DNA from: the human T2T-CHM13v2.0 reference genome, Homo sapiens
DNA: 64,000 nucleotides
Strand: one strand, 5' to 3'
Assembly: GCF_009914755.1 (NCBI RefSeq)
Contig: NC_060936.1
In this document: positions 32,533 to 46,830 of the stretch, piece by piece
Layout of the letters: every line of letters starts with the position of its first letter
Position numbering within the stretch: the stretch's first letter is position 1
Made by a program: the position numbers and the translations under genes
The notes under the pieces: model-generated
The model's input: only the letters and a program-made list of their open reading frames with translations
What the model was told of the DNA's origin: nothing
Databases searched by the model: none

Positions 32533-33879
32533 AAGAACCTTGTCTCTTGTGATGCACCCCAGAACAAAACATCACTGCAAAAACACACCAAGGCATGAGT
32601 TTTAGTCCTAAGTCCCATTTATCCACCATACACTATGTGCCAGGCACAACGCTAAGTGCTTCTATGGACGAGCATCCCTTAATCTCAGCAGTAACAACCC
32701 CAGGCAATGGGGCCTGTTGGCAAATCCATTTGCCACTGAAGACAGTAAGGCTCAGAGAGGGTAAGTGGCTTGTGCCATGTCAGCCAGCTAAGGAGGGACA
32801 GAACCAGGATGCAAACCCCAGCCGCCTGGCTCCAGACTCGGGTTCCCAAGGTCCCACTACACTTGGTCACTCCACTGCATTGTGGTATCCTGGTCTTTGG
32901 CAGAGTCCACGTAAAAGAGGTAGGTAGAGGGAGTGAGAAGGACTTCATGCAATGAAGTTTCCCGGCGTTACACTGCCATTGTAATTGTGTCCCCGACCAG
33001 GACCTCTCCCTTCTCATCCTTTCCGTGATCGGCCCTGGAAAACCTTCCAAAGAACTGTCCTCCTTCTCCCGGGATCTCAGAGAAAATTCGCCTGAGTTCA
33101 GTGTCCAGGTGACCCAAGCTCTGAATGCGGTAATGTGCACGGGGAGATGAGGATGTCACCATGACCAAGCCTCCCAGACAGCATCCAGGAGCAACCCCAA
33201 GACTGGGCAGGGGGGGCTCTGATGCAGCCCACGGCGAGGAGGGCTGCCCGTGCTGCCTAAATGGGTTCAGAATGAAGGCCGCCCTCTCGCCCATGTGGGG
33301 CTCATTAACCACGAATCCAATTATTAAGACAAGCTCAGCTGAGCAAATGGTCAAACATAAAAACATGTGGAAGGAACCAAGAGGTCAACCCCATTATCCA
33401 TCAAAAACCATCAAGGTGGCGGACCTCACTGAGGGGTACAGCTCTCCAGTGGGCCCTCATCTGTCCTCCAAACCTATGTGCCTCCTCAGTGGAAGGCCAG
33501 CAAAACCACACAGGAAGAGTTGGCGTAGGAAAGCAGAAAGTGAACCCCAGGAGGCCAGGCTGGCCACGGAGCCCCATCCCACACTCACAGGCCCGCTGAC
33601 TCAGGGGCTCACATGTGCAGGACACCGGGAGCTCACAGGGACAGTGCCCCGGGGGATGCAAGGAACTTTGCCTCTCTGTCCCTCTCTGTAGGGATGGAAA
33701 GAGGAGAGCGATTTCTGGGATGGAAGCCATCTGCCTCCTCTCAACTCTCGCTGCCCAACCAGAAAGGGAAGAAAAACAGGAAGATGCGGGACAGGTGAGG
33801 AGCTGGGTGAGCGCCGCCAGCCCGCAGCCCAGCAGAGCAGGGCTTGGCCAAGCCTGGCGCCAGGGACTTCCCCCCTACC

Positions 33880-34760
33880 CCCACCACAGGCCCCTCGCCA
33901 GGTGAGAGGCACCGGCAGAGTCCCAGACAGATGCCCCAGACAGGCGGCTCAGCGCAACCCCCGGCCCTTCCCCTGCTAGGGGCCCCCAGGACGCGGGGCT
34001 CCCCCTCCCCTTTTGGCTAGCTGCAGAGTCCAGCGCGTCTCCCGGCCAGGGACGTCGTGGGAGAATCAGGAAGTCGAAGCCACACAGCCGAGAAGGGGCA
34101 GCTGGCGTCTCGGAGGCCGACACGAGCTGTCACTCCGCGCCCGCCGGAGTTGCCGCTCAATTACCAACTTCAACCCAGGGCAGGCCACGGGGCCTCCCGC
34201 CGCCCCTACCCTGCGCCCCCGGCACCCCGGGACCCCCGCGCCCGCGTCACTTACTCCTCTGCCGTCGCCACCTGTCTGGGTGCCGGTCTCCTTCCTGGCC
34301 GACCGCGGCGCGTCCTGCCCGTCCTCGCAGTCCTGGGGCTGTGCGCTTCCCCCCTCCAGCAAGAGCCGCAGCCTCTTCTCTTCGGGAGGGACGTCGTCCT
34401 CCTCCCTCCTGGGCCGGCCATCCCTGCCTCGGGGCTTGCCAGGGGCTTCGGAGCTGCCGGAAGGGCTGGCCATGGCCCCGGGGGCTCTGCCTGCACCTGG
34501 GGAAGAGGAAGGACCCGGAGCGAGCGGCCTCACGGCGGAGCTGGGGCGTCTGAGCGCGGGCTCGGTGGGTCCGCGCGGCGCGGAGCTGGGCATCGGGGCC
34601 GGCGCGGACTCCTCCGCGGGCCGCTCGTGGTCCTCTGGCGCCCTCTGCTGGCCGCTCGCGCGCACCGTGGACAGGTAGGGCCCTGGCCTGCGCTGCGCTC
34701 ACCTGCCCCGGACCAAGCAGTCGCTGTCTCCTGCCTGTGGCCATGCCCGCTCTGACCAGG
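33880..34760. promoter_or_regulatory. CpG island / probable promoter, unit 1
   Basis: Dense CpG and very high GC against a CpG-poor background. Confidence 0.85.
34255..34473 (-). CDS. Candidate coding first exon, 73 codons (MASPSGSSEAPGKPRGRDGRPRREEDDVPPEEKRLRL...TGTQTGGDGRG); probable paralog of distal RBFOX1 exon 1
   Basis: Strong Kozak GGGGCCATGG at 34473, phase-0 donor GGA|GTAAGT at 34254, in-frame upstream ATG at 34593. Translation is unproven and the RBFOX1 link is from memory. Confidence 0.45.
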
Positions 34761-37169
34761 CCCTGCACCTCCTCCCCACCCCAGCCAGGTTGCACCCCGA
34801 TGGACTCCCTGCCCAAGGAGGAGAGAAGAGAAGGGACGCCCCGAGAGGGTGGACATCGGCCACAGCCACCTTGTCTTTGCTCTTACCCTGTGTCTTCCAT
34901 GATTTGGAGGTGGTGGGAAAACCGAGGCTGCTCAAAACTCATGGAGAATTCCGCCTGCAGGATGACATGAATGCACCTTCCCATTGCCTACCAACAGATC
35001 TTTTCTGAGCATCACTGTGGACCAGGCGTGGTGATGGGGGAGGGGATATTGTGGTGAACATGACAGGCATTGCCTTCACCCAGTGGGGCTCAGCGCTGGG
35101 TGAGAAGGCATTGAGAATGGACATTGTCAATTGGGCCAAAGGAGGCCAAGGAGAAGTGCTGGGTGCATGGGAACTAAAAAAGACAGGAGGCTCGGCAGGT
35201 CTTGGAGCTGGGAGAGGGACAGCAGCAGCAGCTGTTCCAAAGGAAGCAACAGCTGAGAGAAGTCTCAGAGGTTGTTCTCAGCCCAGTGGAGGGTGTTCAG
35301 GCAGAGGGAACAGCGTGTGCAAAAGCCCAGAGGCTGGGAAAGAAGCAGAAAGAGGACGGTGGGGCTGGAGCGTGGTGTGCAAGGTGAGAGAGGTGTGGTG
35401 GGTGGACAGATGGCCTTGGACCCAGCCGTGCAGGGGCAGAGGAGATAGGGAATCCTTGCAGGCCCCCAGCCGGGGCTGAGGCACAGAGACAATGCAGGTG
35501 GGCAAAGGGAGGAGACGTGGAGAAATATTTTGGAGGCATGCCCTGATGAATGAGCCCAGGATGCACCCTTAGTGTCAGTGTGGAGCTCCTTCCTTGGCTG
35601 TGTGATGAGCTGAACTCGGGGGTATTTTCTGGACATGGAGGTGCTACACCCAGAGTCCAGGACAGGCTAAGTGAGCACCAGCAGCTCCTGGCCCACCTCA
35701 AAAGCAGGAGAGACAGGGGAGACTGGGGAGGCCGGGGTAGAAGGGGAAGCCAGGAAGGCAGGAGAGGCCACAGAAACAGAGGAGGCCAGGGAGGCAGAGG
35801 AGGCAGGAGAGGCTGGGGAGGCTGTGTCCTTTCCATGATTCTGCCCAGGATCCTAGGCCCCTGTACTCCCTGAGCTTCCCCACCCCAAGTGCTGGAACCA
35901 TGTTGCACAATGGTCTCCCCACTAAGCTCCTGATGGCAGCCCCTACCCTGCTGTGCTCCCTATTTCAACCCTAACAGCTCTCACAGTGGGCAGCACAGAG
36001 TAGGTGCTCAGGAAACACTGGTGGCAGAGCACATGGGTCTGCTCAGCACCTTCCTCCCTCCTCCAGCTCTCCCTATCATGAAATAATTCTGATAACGACA
36101 CATGGACTTTGAGACCCTCTTCTATTACTTTCCATATGCTAATCCATCTATACCCCACAGCAGCCCTGAGGGTGGGTGCTATTACGATGCCCATTTTAAA
36201 GAGGAAGAGACTGAGATATAAAGAGGATAACTGACATAGGCACACTACAGGGGCTGGGACCAAGTGATCAGAGCACTCAGTCCCCAAAGGCAAGGTGGAT
36301 GCAGTTACCATAAAAGACAGCAGAGTCAAAGCTGCAACCAGAATAGCCTGACTCGCAGAGACCTATGGTGCCAGCTGATCGTGGCATTCCTAGAAGTGAA
36401 ATAGATAAGAAGCCTGCCACATTTTTACTGGATCTGTGTTTGCAGAAGGGTTCTAGGTCAGGTGAGCAGAAGTCTAATCTGAATCCTAAAAACAGAGTCA
36501 CAGTCCCCAGTCAATTTCCAGACATAAGCCAGTTCACAGACCCGGAGTCCCTTGTCTGAATGGGAAGCCAGGTCCCCTCTAGAAAGGACTCTGCTCCACT
36601 GCCAAACATTTATACTGTCAATCTTTCTCCCAGCCTGCCCCCAAAGGAATACCCAGCCTTTCACCAGGATGACTGAACAGGAGAAAAGGAACTAGAGACT
36701 TGTGCAGGATCACTGGACACAGGCTCTGAACTGGCACTAGGGTGAGACTAGGGCCTACCAGTCAGAATAGGCATTTTGGAGGTCAGGTGAATGTTGGTGC
36801 AAGTTCATGTCATGGTAGATCCATTGGGTCCCCAAATCCATCCTCTGGTTATATACAAAGCGGCAATGCTGAGATTCAAATTCAGGGCATCCAGCATAGA
36901 GGCTGTGCTCTTACTCGTGAAACATTCTGACACTAGTAACCAATATAAAAATGCAAACACGTCCTGGGGCTAGCGAGAGTCCTCCAAACAGTCATGTAAA
37001 TTGGTTCTGTCAAGGATTTCCTCCCATCCCCTGTTGAGAGCCAGTTGCAAGGAGAGACTAGGGAAGGGCATTGGGTAACTTTGTTGCTAAAAGCTCTTCT
37101 GGATAAAGACATTTGGGAAAAGAAGCAAATAGAGTTCAGCAGAAGATGTAAGAAAGTAAGTTTATGTTT

Positions 37170-37501
<332 letters not shown>

Positions 37502-40280
37502 TTATTATCTCAGTAAATCCCATATAACCTTCCTATGAAAGTGTATCTCATTTATCTCCATTTTATAGATGAGAAAACTGAGGCCCCTGGAGTAGTATTA
37601 ATTTTCCAAGACCTCATTGCTCATAAAGGGTACAGCAGGGACCCAAGCTCGACACTCTCACCCTCAAACATTCCCACAAGTGTAGACCAATGGCTCTCAA
37701 CTGGGTTGGTTTTGCTCACGTACCACTCCCTTGCCCCACGGCATTTGAAACCAACTGGAGACATCTGGGGTAGCCATAGCTGGGAGGGTAGAATGGCACC
37801 TAGAGGATGGAGACCAGAGATTCTGCTAACCATCCTACAATACACAGGACGGCCCCCCACCACCACCATGAATGGTCTCACCCCAAGTGTTGTGACTGTG
37901 GCAAAGCTGAGAAACCAGGTTTCTCCTCAGCAAGAAGGAAAATCCCTGCAACGTGGATGCGCCTCTACAGGAGCCCCAGGCTGACAACAACCTTCCTGAT
38001 CTGGTTTCAACCCTGGATGCTTTTACCTGGTGCGTCCATCAGGGATTTCAGGGACTCCAGTGAGTTATTACCCTCGAATGCTCGGTTCTGCCTGACAACC
38101 CAGAAATCTCTGCCAAGATGCCTGGTGGTCTTGGGGAAGGCTCAGCAAGTGGTTGAGGTTGATAACCAAGTACCTAGGAGACACTTTTCTCTCCCTCCAG
38201 GAGGAGCTGTGGGTCAGACACACCCTGGGATCATTCACAAGTGGTCAATAAAGGCTTGGGGAGGGCCAGGTTTTCTAGGCCTTCTCAATGGGGTGGGTGT
38301 TTGTGGATACACAAGAAGCCTGTGAAACTTCTGATATTGGCAGGAAATCAATACCCCCCACCCTCCACGCCCCCACATCCCCTCCATAAACACATGCCCT
38401 GCAGCAGGACTTGGCACTCAGGGGCTCCTGGGGTCCCGATTTATCTGCTAAGACATCCTCTAGCCATCACGGAATAAAGCAACCCCTTGCCACCCGACCA
38501 CAAGATCACAGCCTGGGAGCCACTCCAAGGGACATCCAGTCACATTAAAACCTCAGCCATCCAGAGCACCAGGCCTGGTGATGAGAAAGATCATTTTATC
38601 CTTAAACGCATCTGAATGCCCATGCTGCTTCTGGCAGAGAAAAGTCCAAAATAATCTGCTATTAAAGAATGAGGATGGTTTTGACATTTTTACCAAGCTA
38701 ATGGTCTACGCAGACAAAATCTCATAAAAGGGCCCTCTGTTCTTCTTGATCCACTCAGACATGACCTGTGAGTGAAGAAACGGATCTCCTCCTCAAAGAA
38801 ATCACTGCTGATCCTCGTACCAGCCTGACACTGCTTCATGGGTTCTTCAAAGAGAGTATTCCCATAGAAACTAAAAAGGAAGAGGAATGTGTCTGACGGG
38901 CATTGTGGGCAGCAGTGGGCTTTGGGCCAAATTTTAAGTTTGAAAATCAAGATTCCCTCTTTTCAAGGGGCCGCCGGACTGAGCAGATACAGACACCGTG
39001 AAAAGAGGGTGCCATGTTCAGATTCAGGAAACAAGGATGGTTTCTGTTCAGTTCCTCCATCATCCTTCAGGTCATGCGATTCCCATTTCCCTCTGTGGAC
39101 CAAACAATTCAGTGGGGTTTCTGCCTTTTAAATATTTCATTATCAACATATCATCCTTTTAGCCTCCAGAAGGCATTTTAACATGAAGATTCTGGCTTAA
39201 GACTCTTGTGGGTCTGTCTGTCTCTCTCTCTTTTCCTTGAAACAGAGTCTCACTTTGTCACCCAGGCTGGAGTGCAGTGGCATGATCACAGCTCACTGCA
39301 GCCCGACCTTCCAGGCTCTAGTAATCCTCCCACCTCAGCCTCCCAAGTACTTGGGACTACAGGCACACACCACCATACCTGGCTTTTTTTTTTTTTTTTT
39401 TTTTTTGGTAGATATGAGGCTTCGCCATGTTGCCCAGGCTGGTCTTAAACTCCTGGGCTCAAGCGATCGTCCCCCTTCGGCCTCTCAAAGTGCTGGGATT
39501 ATTGGCTTGAGCCACCATGCCCGGCCAAGAACCTTGTCTCTTGTGATGCACCCCAGAACAAAACATCACTGCAAAAACACACCAAGGCATGAGTTTTAGT
39601 CCTAAGTCCCATTTATCCACCATACACTATGTGCCAGGCACAACGCTAAGTGCTTCTATGGACAAGCATCCCTTAATCTCAGCAGTAACAACCCCAGGCA
39701 ATGGGGCCCGTTGACAGATCCATTTGCCACTGAAGACAGTAAGGCTCAGAGAGGGTAAGTGGCTTGTGCCATGTCAGCCAGCTAAGGAGGGGCAGAACCA
39801 GGATGCAAACCCCAGCCGCCTGGCTCCAGACTCGCGTTCCCAAGGTCCCACTACACTTGGTCACTCCACTGCATTCTGGTATCCTGGTCTTTGGCAGAGT
39901 CCACGTAAAAGAAGGAGGTAGAGGGAGTGAGAGGGACTTCACGCAATAAAGTTTCCGGGTGTTACACTGCCACTGTAATTGTGTCCCCCACCAGGACCTC
40001 TCCCTTCTCATCCTTTCCGTGATCGGCCCTGGAAAACCTTCCAAAGAACTGTCCTCCTTCTCCCGGGATCTCAGAGAAAATTCACCTGAGTTCAGTGTCC
40101 AGGTGACCCAAGCTCTGAATGCGGTAACGTGCACGGGGAGATGAGGATGTCACCATGAGCAAGCCTCCCAGACAGCATCCGGGAGCAACCCCAAGACTGG
40201 GCAGGGGGGGCTCTGATGCAGCCCATGGCGAGGAGGGCTGCCCGTGCTGCCTAAATGGGTTCAGAATGAAGGCCGCCCTC

Positions 40281-40900
40281 CCAACTTCAACCCGGGGCAG
40301 GCCACGGAGCCTCTCGCCGCCCCTACCCCTCGTTCCCCGCATCCCCGCGCACCCGGCAACCCCGGACCCCCGCGCCCGCGTCACTTACTCCTCTGCCGTC
40401 GCCACCTGTCTGGGTGCCGGTCTCCACCCTGCCCGGCCGCGGCGCGTCCTCCCCGTCCTCGCAGTCCTGGGGCTGTGCGCTTCCCCCCTCCAGCAAGAGC
40501 CGCAGCCTCTTCTCTTCGGGAGGGACGTCGTCCTCCTCCCTCCTGGGCCGGCCATCCCTGCCTCGGGGCTTGCCAGTGGCTTCGGAGCTGCGGGAAGGGC
40601 TGGCCATGGCTCCGGGGGCTCTGCCTACACTTGCGGAAGAAGAAGGAGCCTGCGCAAGCGGCCTCTCGGCGGAGCTGGGGCGTCTGAGCGCGGGCTCGGT
40701 GGGTCCGCGCGGCGCGGAGCTGGGCATCGGGGCCGGCGCGGGCTCCCCCGCGGGCGGCTCGTGGTCCTCTGGCGCCCTCTGCTGGCCGCTCACGCGCACC
40801 GCCACCACGCCGGGCCCGGGCCTGCGCCGCTCTCACCCGTCCTGGCCCAGGAGGTCGCTGTCCCTTGCCCGCGGCCAGGCCCGCTCTGGCCAGGCCCTGC
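40281..40900. promoter_or_regulatory. CpG island / probable promoter, unit 2
   Basis: Dense CpG; paralog of 34164-34760. Confidence 0.85.
40389..40607 (-). CDS. Candidate coding first exon, copy 2, 73 codons (MASPSRSSEATGKPRG...)
   Basis: ATG at 40607 in GCCATGG context, donor GTAAGT at 40388, same 219-nt length with no stop or indel. Confidence 0.45.
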
Positions 40901-43359
40901 ACCTCCTCGCCACCCCAGCCAGGTTGCACCCCGATGGTCTCCCTGCTCAAGGAGGAGGAAGAGAAGGGACGCCCCGAGAGGGTGGACATTGGCCACAGCC
41001 ACCTTGTCTTTGCTCTTACCCTGTGTCTTCCATGATTTGGAGGTGGTGGGAAAACCGAGGCTGCTCAAAACTCGTGGAGAATTCCGCCTGCAGGATGACA
41101 TGAATGCACCTTCGCATTGCCTACCAACAGATCTTTTCTGAGCATCACTGTGGACCAGGCGTGGTGATGGGGGAGGGGATATTGTGGTGAACATGACAGG
41201 CATTGCCTTCACCCAGTGGGGCTCAGCGCTGGGTGAGAAGGCATTGAGAATGGACATTGTCAATTGGGCCAAAGGAGGCCAAGGAGAAGTGCTGGGTGCA
41301 TGGGAACTAAAAAAGACAGGAGGCTCAGCAGGTCTTGGAGCTGGGAGAGGGACAGCAGCAGCGGCTGTTCCAAAGGAAGCAACAGCTGAGAGAGGTCTCA
41401 GAGAGTTGTTCTCAGCCCAGTGGAGGGTGTTCAGGCAGAGGGAACAGCGTGTGCAAAAGCCCAGAGGCTGGGAAAGAAGCAGAAAGAGGACGGTGGGGCT
41501 GGAGTGTGGTGGGCAAGGTGAGAGAGGTGTGGTGGGTGGACAGATGGCCTTGGACCCAGCCATGCAGGGGCAGAGGAGATAGGGGATCCTTGCAGGCCCC
41601 CAGCCGGGGCTGAGGCACAGAGACAATGCAGGTGGGCAAAGGGAGGAGACGTGGAGAAATATTTTGGAGGCATGCCCTGATGAAGGAGCCCAGGATGCAC
41701 CCTTAGTGTCAGTGTGGAGCTCCTTCCTTGGCTGTGTGATGAGCTGAACTCGGGGGTATTTTCTGGACATGGAGGTGCTACACCCAGAGTCCAGGACAGG
41801 CTAAGTGAGCACCAGCAGCTCCTGGCCCACCTCAAAAGCAGGAGAGACAGGGGAGACTGGGGAGGCCGGGGTGGAAGGGGAAGCCAGGAAGGCAGGAGAG
41901 GCCACAGAAGCAGAGGAGGCCAGGGAGGCAGAGGAGGCAGGAGAGGCTGGGGAGGCTGTGTCCTTCCCCAGATTCTGCCCAGGATCCTAGGCCCCTGAGC
42001 TTCTCCACCCCAAGCGCTGGAACCATGTTGCACAATGGTCTCCCCAACTAAGCTCCTGATGGCAGCCCCTACCCTGCTGTGCTCTCTATTTCAACCCTAA
42101 CAGCTCTCACAGTGGGCAGCACACAGTAGGTGCTCAGGAAACACTGGTGGCAGAGCACATGGGTCTGCTCAGCACCTTCCTCCCTCCTCCAGCTCTCCCT
42201 ATCATGAAATAATTCTGATAATGACACATGGACTTTGAGACGCTCTTCTATTACTTTCCATATGCTAATCCATCTATACCCCACAGCAGCCCTGAGGGTG
42301 GGTGCTATTAGGATGCCCATTTTATAGAGGAGGAAACTGAGGTATAAAGAGGGTAAGTGACATAGGCACACTACAGAGGCTGGGACCAAGTGATCAGAGC
42401 ACTCAGTCCCCAAAGGCAAGGTGGATGCAGTTATCATAAAAGACAGCAGAGTCAAAGCTGCAACCAGAATAGCCTGACTCGCAGAGACCTATGGTGCCAG
42501 CTGATCGTGGCATTCCTAGAAGTGAAATAGATAAGAAGCCTGCCACATTTTTACTGGATCTGTGTTTGCAGAAGAGTTCTAGGTCAGGTGAGCAGAAGTC
42601 TAATCTGAATCCTAAAAACAGAGTCACAGTCCCCAGTCAATTCCCAGATATAAGCCAGTTCACAGACCCAGAGTCCCTTGTCTGAATGGGAAGCCAGGTC
42701 CCCTCCAGAAAGGACTCTGCTCCACTGCCACAAATTAATACTGTCAATCTTTCTCCCAGCCTGCCCCCAAGGGCATACACAGCCTTTTACCAGGATGACT
42801 GAATAGGAGAAAAGGAACTAATGAGACCAGTGCAGGATCACTGGACACAGGCTCTGAACTGGCACTAGGGCGAGACTAGGATCTACCAGACAGAATAGGC
42901 ATTTTGGTGGTCAGGTGAATGTTGGTGCAAGTTCATATCATTGTAGATCCATTGGGTCCCCAAATCCATCCTCTGGTTATATACAAAATGGCCATGTTGA
43001 GATTTAAATTCATGGTATCCAACTTAGAGGCTGTGCTCTTACTCATGAAACATTCTGACACTAGTAACCAATTTAAAAATGCAAACACCTCCTGGGGCTA
43101 GCGAGAGTCCTCCAAACAGTCATGTAAATTGGTTCTGTCAAGGATTTCCTCCTACCCACCACCCCTCCCCACCCCCATCCGCTGAGAGCCAGTTGCAAGG
43201 AGAGACTAGGGAAGGGCATTGGGTAACTTTGTTGCTAAAAGCTCTTCTGGATAAAGAAGAGCTTTATCCAGGAAAAAGAAGCAAAATAGAGTTCAGCAGA
43301 AGTTGAGAAAAGAAGCAAATAGAGTTCAGAAGAAGGGGTAAGAAAGTAAGTTTATGTTT

Positions 43360-43769
<410 letters not shown>

Positions 43770-43896
43770 TCACTCCTGGCCAGCTGAGCCACTTTTCAAA
43801 ACATGCTTGCACAGCTGTGCAGAGCGGCTGGCTCCACTGGCAGCCGGCAGAGCCATAACTCACACTGTCACCAATGCCCTCAAACCCCTTCTGTAA

Positions 43897-44194
<298 letters not shown>

Positions 44195-44944
44195 TGGTAA
44201 GCACTTTTAATCAATGCAACAGGAATAAACATTTGCTGCAGAGCGGCAATGTGCAGGGAGGAACATGCTTCCACTCAGGCTCAGAAAGCAAAACCTCCTG
44301 GCTGTTTACATCTATGCAAGAGCTCGCAGGAAAAGCCCTCTGTGTGGCTGCCAGCCTCACACACTCCCCCCAAGGGGTGAGTTTCTCTTTCCATGTTAAT
44401 CTATGCTCTGACGTGCCATCTGTCAACCACCACACCATTCTCAGTTGCCATTTCAAAGCATCTTTGCCCTGTGAATGGTCACCAGCCCTGCCTTGCAAGC
44501 CCCCAGTTCACATTGAACTTAAATGAGAGAGAAAGCAGGTTTCGGGGTGGATTTCAGTTCAGCATCTTCGAGTCTCTGTGTGGACATGAAATCTGTCTCT
44601 CCAGCTGTGGGCTGCATCTTTGTTTGTCATCTGGTTTGGTTCTTGGGGACTTGGAAACTCATGGGCACCTTTGCAATTTGTCAAGAAGCTGCATGGCCCT
44701 TCCAACAAAAGCAAGGAGTAGGAACAGAAGCCCAAGGCTTCAGATCAAGGTGCAATTTAAAGCAGCCTCAGTGTAAAAGCAAACAAGATTCAGAGGGATG
44801 CCTAAGGCAGAGTCTAGTCCCCAGGGCAGCAATAAGGCAAAGAGAAAGAGAGAGAGAGAGACAGAGACAGAAAGACAGAGAGAGATGGGAGGAGACATGA
44901 GGCACCCAGGCGTCTGCATCAAAATCCCTACAAGAGGGGCCTCC

Positions 44945-45210
44945 TCAAAATGCAGGAGGCTGAGGTGGGTGCACACAGAAGTTCAAGACTAGCCTGGGCA
45001 ACATAGCAAGACCGTGTCTTTACAAAAAATACAAAAATTAGCCGGGTGTGGTGGTGTATGTCTGTGGTCCCAGTTACCCAGGAGGCTGAGGTGGGAGGAT
45101 GGCTTGAGCCCAGGAGGTAGAGCTGCAGCGAGCTGAGATAGCACCACTGCACTCTAGCCTGGGCAACAGAGTGAGACTTCATCTCAAAAAAAAGTTAAAA
45201 AAAATTTTAA
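44945..45210 (+). mobile_element. AluJ, 5'-truncated
   Basis: ctgggcaacatagcaagacc / ggaggatggcttgagcccagg. Confidence 0.8.
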
Positions 45211-45767
45211 AAAGGATCACCCTGGCTACTTGAATAGGTAATAAGAAGGTAAGAGCAGAAGCAAGGAGACCAGCAGGGAGATTCTGCAGGTGGGAGTCCA
45301 CAGTGGCTCAGACCAGGCTGGCGCTGAAGACTGCCTGAATTCTATATATATATTGATGATGAAGCAACTCACGGACTCTTGAAGAGTGGGCTCTAGGAGA
45401 CTGGATTTTTAACAAGCTCTCAGAGGATTCTAATGCAGGCTGAAGTTGAAGAACTGGTTTAGGTGAAGCTTCTGTTTCATCCTTGGGGAAGTACCTACTG
45501 ACTTTTCTCTAAGTCACCTAAAAAGAGGTGCTAGACAAGATGTGCTCCAATGTCTGAACATGTGTGCACAGCTCTAGAGCCAACCTCAGGACACTGAGTC
45601 AAAGGTTAGGAGTACAATAGTGAACAACCACTGTCCTCTTTTCAATGAGCTTTGCATTTAGTGAGAGAAATAAAAAGCAAAAAAAAATCATTTTCAACTC
45701 AGAATGGTAAAAGTTATGGTGACAGTATGTCTGGGACAATGGGAGCACATAAAAGAGGCACCCGATT

Positions 45768-46078
<311 letters not shown>

Positions 46079-46089
46079 GCCCGGAGGTG

Positions 46090-46830
46090 GGTGGGCATGC
46101 AATCTCTATCAGGTGGTGAGAAATCCTTCTCCACCACAGGACTCCTCAGTTGAAGACTAGAAAATGGTAGGAATTAGCCAGGTCGATAGGAGAGGTGTGG
46201 AAGATCATTCCCAGCAGGGGGAAGAGCATGTGCAAAAATAGAAACGTGAGAGGGTGAGGAGCTGAGAGATGTTCATATAATTATAAAAAGTGACTAATAT
46301 AGAGGTAAGTTGGAGCCAAATCTTAAAGGCTGTTTGTCGTGTTTATCCTGTACACAAAGGGAGACAGTAGATGTTTTTATGCAGGGGAGTAATGATCCAC
46401 TTTGTGCTATAAAAAGAGCAGTCTGGCTGGAGGAGAGTGGGAGGTGAGTAGACCAGGTAGGAGGCTGCAATAAGCCAAGTGAGACAAGATGGTTGGCTGG
46501 ACCAAGGCTGTGGCAGTGAGGATGGAGAGGAGACAGTAGACTAACTTGACGAGAAAGAGGGAGGAACGAAGGAGGAGGCCCAGGTGTTTTGGAAGCTGGG
46601 TGGATGGTGGTGTGAATCTGACGTGCTGAGCCCAGGCAGAAGAGGAAATCAGGAGAGGCAAGGTAAGATGAGGTCAATGCAAGAAAGACAGTCAAATAGA
46701 GATAACAACTGGGCCGCTGGATTCATCAGCCTGGAGTTATACAGAGAGCTCTGGAATGGAAATAAAGAGGAAAGGACTTTGGGAATAGGTGAATCCTCCC
46801 AGAATAATGTGTAGAGAAAGGAGAATAGAA
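46090..46830 (-). mobile_element. Degenerate L2-like segment
   Basis: Purine-rich with L2-like motifs (gaagagcatgtgcaaa, gtagaccaggtaggaggctgc). Confidence 0.5.

Noticed and set aside
40155-41141. 328-aa plus-strand ORF and other long ORFs over the CpG islands
   Set aside because: Stop-poor GC-rich DNA is open in most frames; this one spans the unit-2 deletion junction and is not preserved in unit 1.
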